64,000 nt of DNA from SAR202 cluster bacterium Io17-Chloro-G4 (GTDB lineage Bacteria; Chloroflexota; Dehalococcoidia; Lucifugimonadales; UBA3495), in assembly GCA_002816455.1 (NCBI GenBank), contig MUCR01000017.1:6702-70701 (forward strand). Reading direction: 5' to 3'. The translations under genes and the position numbers were made by a program. The number at the start of each line of letters is the position of its first letter. Positions within the stretch are counted from its first letter, which is position 1. Shown piece after piece: positions 61,793-64,000 of this stretch. The notes beneath the pieces were generated by a model. That model worked only from the letters and a program-made list of their open reading frames with translations. It made no database searches and was not told where the DNA came from.

Positions 61793-62527
61793 CTAAGCTA
61801 AAGCACGGGCGGCGGACCTGGATTCCAGATCCAGGGCTTGAGCTAACGGCAAGTCGGTGCCCCGTCTGATGCAGTCCTTGGCGCTGGCCGAGAACTCTGA
61901 GTCCAGTTCCGCCAGTTGCCGGGCTAGAGATAAACCTTCTTCTAACAGAACATCTTGGGGCACTACCCGGGTGAGCAGACGGAGGGACAGCGCTTCCATT
62001 GCGTCCAGGCGGCGTCCGGTTAGCAATAAGTGTAACGCTGGGGACCGGCCAACGCTCCTGGGTAAGGTTTGGGTGCCCCCGGCGGCGGGGATCATGCCCA
62101 AATGAACTTCAGGCAAAGCAAAAATCGTTTCCTCCGCAGCAATGCGGAGGTCGCACAAAAGGGCAATCTCAACACCAGAGCCGATGCAATACCCGTGCAC
62201 CGCCGCAACCACCGGCTTGGTCAATCTCAGCATTTGCCCCCAAACGTCTCGCTCCCAACGGACTTGCCTGGCGATGGTCTGAGAGGGAGCTCTGCCGAAC
62301 TCCGTCAGGTCTGCGCCGGCGCAAAATGCTCTGCCCCGCCCCGTTATCAGCAAAGACCGGACATCGGGGTCTTCTTGGACCGCTTCCAACGCCCCGGCAA
62401 AATCGTCCCGCATTTGTATGTTATAGGCGTTTAGGGCTTGAGGACGGTTTAGCGAAATGTGGGCAACCGGCCCGTCTTTGCTGTATTTAAGTGTAGTGAA
62501 GCCAGGCATTTTTTTAGCAATCAGCAA
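61793..62527 (-). CDS. Enoyl-CoA hydratase/isomerase (crotonase fold)
   Basis: Contains ISLNRPQALNA and LITGRGRAFCAGADL. The start may be the internal Met (MPGFTT...). Confidence 0.8.
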   Translation of the reverse strand: MLIAKKMPGFTTLKYSKDGPVAHISLNRPQALNAYNIQMRDDFAGALEAVQEDPDVRSLLITGRGRAFCAGADLTEFGRAPSQTIARQVRWERDVWGQMLRLTKPVVAAVHGYCIGSGVEIALLCDLRIAAEETIFALPEVHLGMIPAAGGTQTLPRSVGRSPALHLLLTGRRLDAMEALSLRLLTRVVPQDVLLEEGLSLARQLAELDSEFSASAKDCIRRGTDLPLAQALDLESRSAARALA

Positions 62528-62546
62528 TCAGCGTTCAGCTATTGGC
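62515..62546. repeat. Repeat family 4
   Basis: TAGCAATCAGCAATCAGCGTTCAGCTATTGGC, spanning the junction between the PHP-like gene stop and the hydratase start. Confidence 0.6.
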
Positions 62547-63104
62547 ACTGGAGGCAGGAGTCGCCCGGCGGTAAAGCTCCTCCAAATCGACTTCGGTGTA
62601 TCGCAGACCGATGTTTTCCAAGTTATGTGCGTCGCTAACTTCCAAGACCAGGAGGTCATGAGCCTTTGCGACTTCGGCAACTTGTTGTTTGCGGATATGC
62701 CAGTTATGGATGTAGTTGTCGATCTCGATAGCGTGGATGTTCTCTTCAATAATTATTTCCGGGGAGTAATATCCGGGGTGGCAGTAGCTGCGGAACACCC
62801 GGCCACCGGGTAGGAATAGCTCGGCCACTTGGTACTCGGCAAAGGGATTTTGTGGGGGCCGGATCTCGATCTCCCAGCCCGGAATAATGGTCACTTCGCC
62901 GGGATACAGGCGTTCTACCAAGTCTCGGAACTGGTAGGACCAATCCTTGTTGTGGTGATCGGTGATCGCGATGCCGTCAATCCCGGCCGACTTGATCTGA
63001 CCCACGACTTTCTCGGCCATGGACTCGTCGGGAGCCTGGAAGTTAAAGGCCTCCCAAATGTGGGTGTGCAAGTCTAGTTTTAGTTTCAACCTATTGCCGT
63101 CCAA
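62535..63104 (-). CDS. PHP-domain-like metal-dependent phosphoesterase
   Basis: DLHTHI, ITDHH and SDAH histidine clusters are spaced as in PHP domains. 189 aa. Confidence 0.6.
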   Translation of the reverse strand: MDGNRLKLKLDLHTHIWEAFNFQAPDESMAEKVVGQIKSAGIDGIAITDHHNKDWSYQFRDLVERLYPGEVTIIPGWEIEIRPPQNPFAEYQVAELFLPGGRVFRSYCHPGYYSPEIIIEENIHAIEIDNYIHNWHIRKQQVAEVAKAHDLLVLEVSDAHNLENIGLRYTEVDLEELYRRATPASSANS

Positions 63105-63112
63105 CGTTTATT

Positions 63113-63187
63113 TTCACCGCAGAGACCGCAGAGCAACGGGGTGGGAATTATTTCTAACTCTGCGTGCTCTGCGCTCTCTGCGGTGAG
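63113..63187. repeat. Repeat family 2 hairpin
   Basis: TTCACCGCAGAGACCGCAGAG ... CTCTGCGTGCTCTGCGCTCTCTGCGGTGAG. Confidence 0.8.
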
Positions 63188-63223
63188 TTCTCTCGTAGAA
63201 GGTAAACACGTCGCAATTATTGC

Positions 63224-64000
63224 TCACCGGCCGGAGAACTTAGCGTCTCGCTTTTCCCGAAACGCCTGTAATCCCTCGGCCCGGTCCGAAGTGCTGTGGA
63301 GCAGTATGTTCAAGTCCGCTTCCAAGCGCAATCCTTGATCAAGGGGCAGGTCCATCCCTTTCTGAACGGCTTCTTTGGCGTACCGGGCAGCGATGGGCGC
63401 CCCAGCCAACACCTTTTCGGCCAGCTTGCGGGTTTCATTCAGCAGTTTGTCTGCGGGCACGACACAGTTCACCAGCCCTATTTCCAAAGCCAGATTCGCG
63501 TCAATCATGCGTCCGGTGAGGATCATGTCCAACGCCCATGAAGGCCCAATCAATCTCGGCAACCTTTGGGTCCCGCCGTCCCATGGAATCGGCCCTTGGC
63601 CTAAGCCATCAAATCCAAAACGGGCATCTGCCGCAGCGATTCTCAAGTCCGCTGCCAAGGCCAGTTCCAGGCCTTGGTCCAGTGCGTCGCCGTTCACCGC
63701 CGCTAACACCGGCACCGGAAGTTCCGCCAGGGATGCCGCCGCTTGATGCTTTAGTACCGAATCCAGTCCTCCAGCGGGACCCTGGCAATCCGCCAGGTCG
63801 GTGCGGCCGACAGAAAACGAGATGCCCTTGCCGGTAATCACCACCAAGCGGACCGAATCGTCTTGGCAAATGGTGCCGCACGCGTCCCGCAGCTCTTCAG
63901 CCATGGCTGCGTCAATCCGGTTGTCCACTTGCGGATTGTCGAGCGTCAGCGTGGCCAAGGGACCGTCGCACCGATAGTCTATGTGCCCGGGTGGGATCAT
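63224..64000 (-). CDS. Enoyl-CoA hydratase/isomerase (crotonase fold); the start coincides with the window edge, so it may be truncated
   Basis: Contains LTLDNPQVDNRID, VITGKGISFSVG and C-terminal AFREKRDAKFSG. The ATG is at 63998-64000. Confidence 0.8.
   Translation of the reverse strand: MIPPGHIDYRCDGPLATLTLDNPQVDNRIDAAMAEELRDACGTICQDDSVRLVVITGKGISFSVGRTDLADCQGPAGGLDSVLKHQAAASLAELPVPVLAAVNGDALDQGLELALAADLRIAAADARFGFDGLGQGPIPWDGGTQRLPRLIGPSWALDMILTGRMIDANLALEIGLVNCVVPADKLLNETRKLAEKVLAGAPIAARYAKEAVQKGMDLPLDQGLRLEADLNILLHSTSDRAEGLQAFREKRDAKFSGR

Noticed and set aside
1-64000. tRNA, rRNA, integrase, transposase or prophage genes.
   Set aside because: None were recognised on either strand. The accessory modules (TA pairs, NTase islet) lack adjacent recombinases within the window, so I made no mobile-element call beyond the small insertion-like repeat at 394-629.

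Overview
This is a gene-dense, moderately GC-rich bacterial chromosomal segment with about 60 protein genes. I saw no rRNA, tRNA or CRISPR array by eye.

Content:
- Most genes are paralog-rich catabolic enzymes: 4 family-III CoA-transferases in two tandem pairs, 4 crotonase-fold enoyl-CoA hydratases, 2 tandem acyl-CoA dehydrogenases, 2 acyl-CoA synthetases, an SCP-x-type thiolase with its DUF35 partner, 2 HpcH/HpaI aldolases, 2 ThDP enzymes, a luciferase-like monooxygenase with a dodecin, and Rieske dioxygenase alpha/beta subunits.
- A second group acts on D-amino acids and peptides: D-aminoacylase, 2 DSD1-like PLP enzymes, an Asp/Glu-racemase-fold protein, an M20 peptidase and PepN.
- Recognisable housekeeping genes are metH, fhs, leuCD and recQ.
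- This gene mix, together with the 'FDKLTTNG/PELVEG'-type intergenic repeats, suggests a Chloroflexota (SAR202-like) oligotroph. That is an inference only.

Small accessory modules interrupt the metabolic backbone: two hicBA pairs flanking a frameshifted D-aminoacylase, two ParE-type toxin/antitoxin pairs (one toxin carries an in-frame stop), a DUF4160/DUF2442 pair, and a low-GC nucleotidyltransferase-like islet. At least five families of short palindromic intergenic repeats are scattered through the window, and one copy is inserted in-frame inside an acyl-CoA dehydrogenase gene.

The best candidate for an undescribed system is a self-contained two-gene operon on the minus strand (16540-19150). 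It encodes a divergent tubulin/FtsZ-superfamily protein followed 7 nt later by a 520-aa partner of unknown function. A near-consensus promoter and a bidirectional terminator bracket it.

Other notable points: in both CoA-transferase pairs, one member has the catalytic Asp replaced by Gln. One DSD1-like paralog lacks the PLP-binding lysine.
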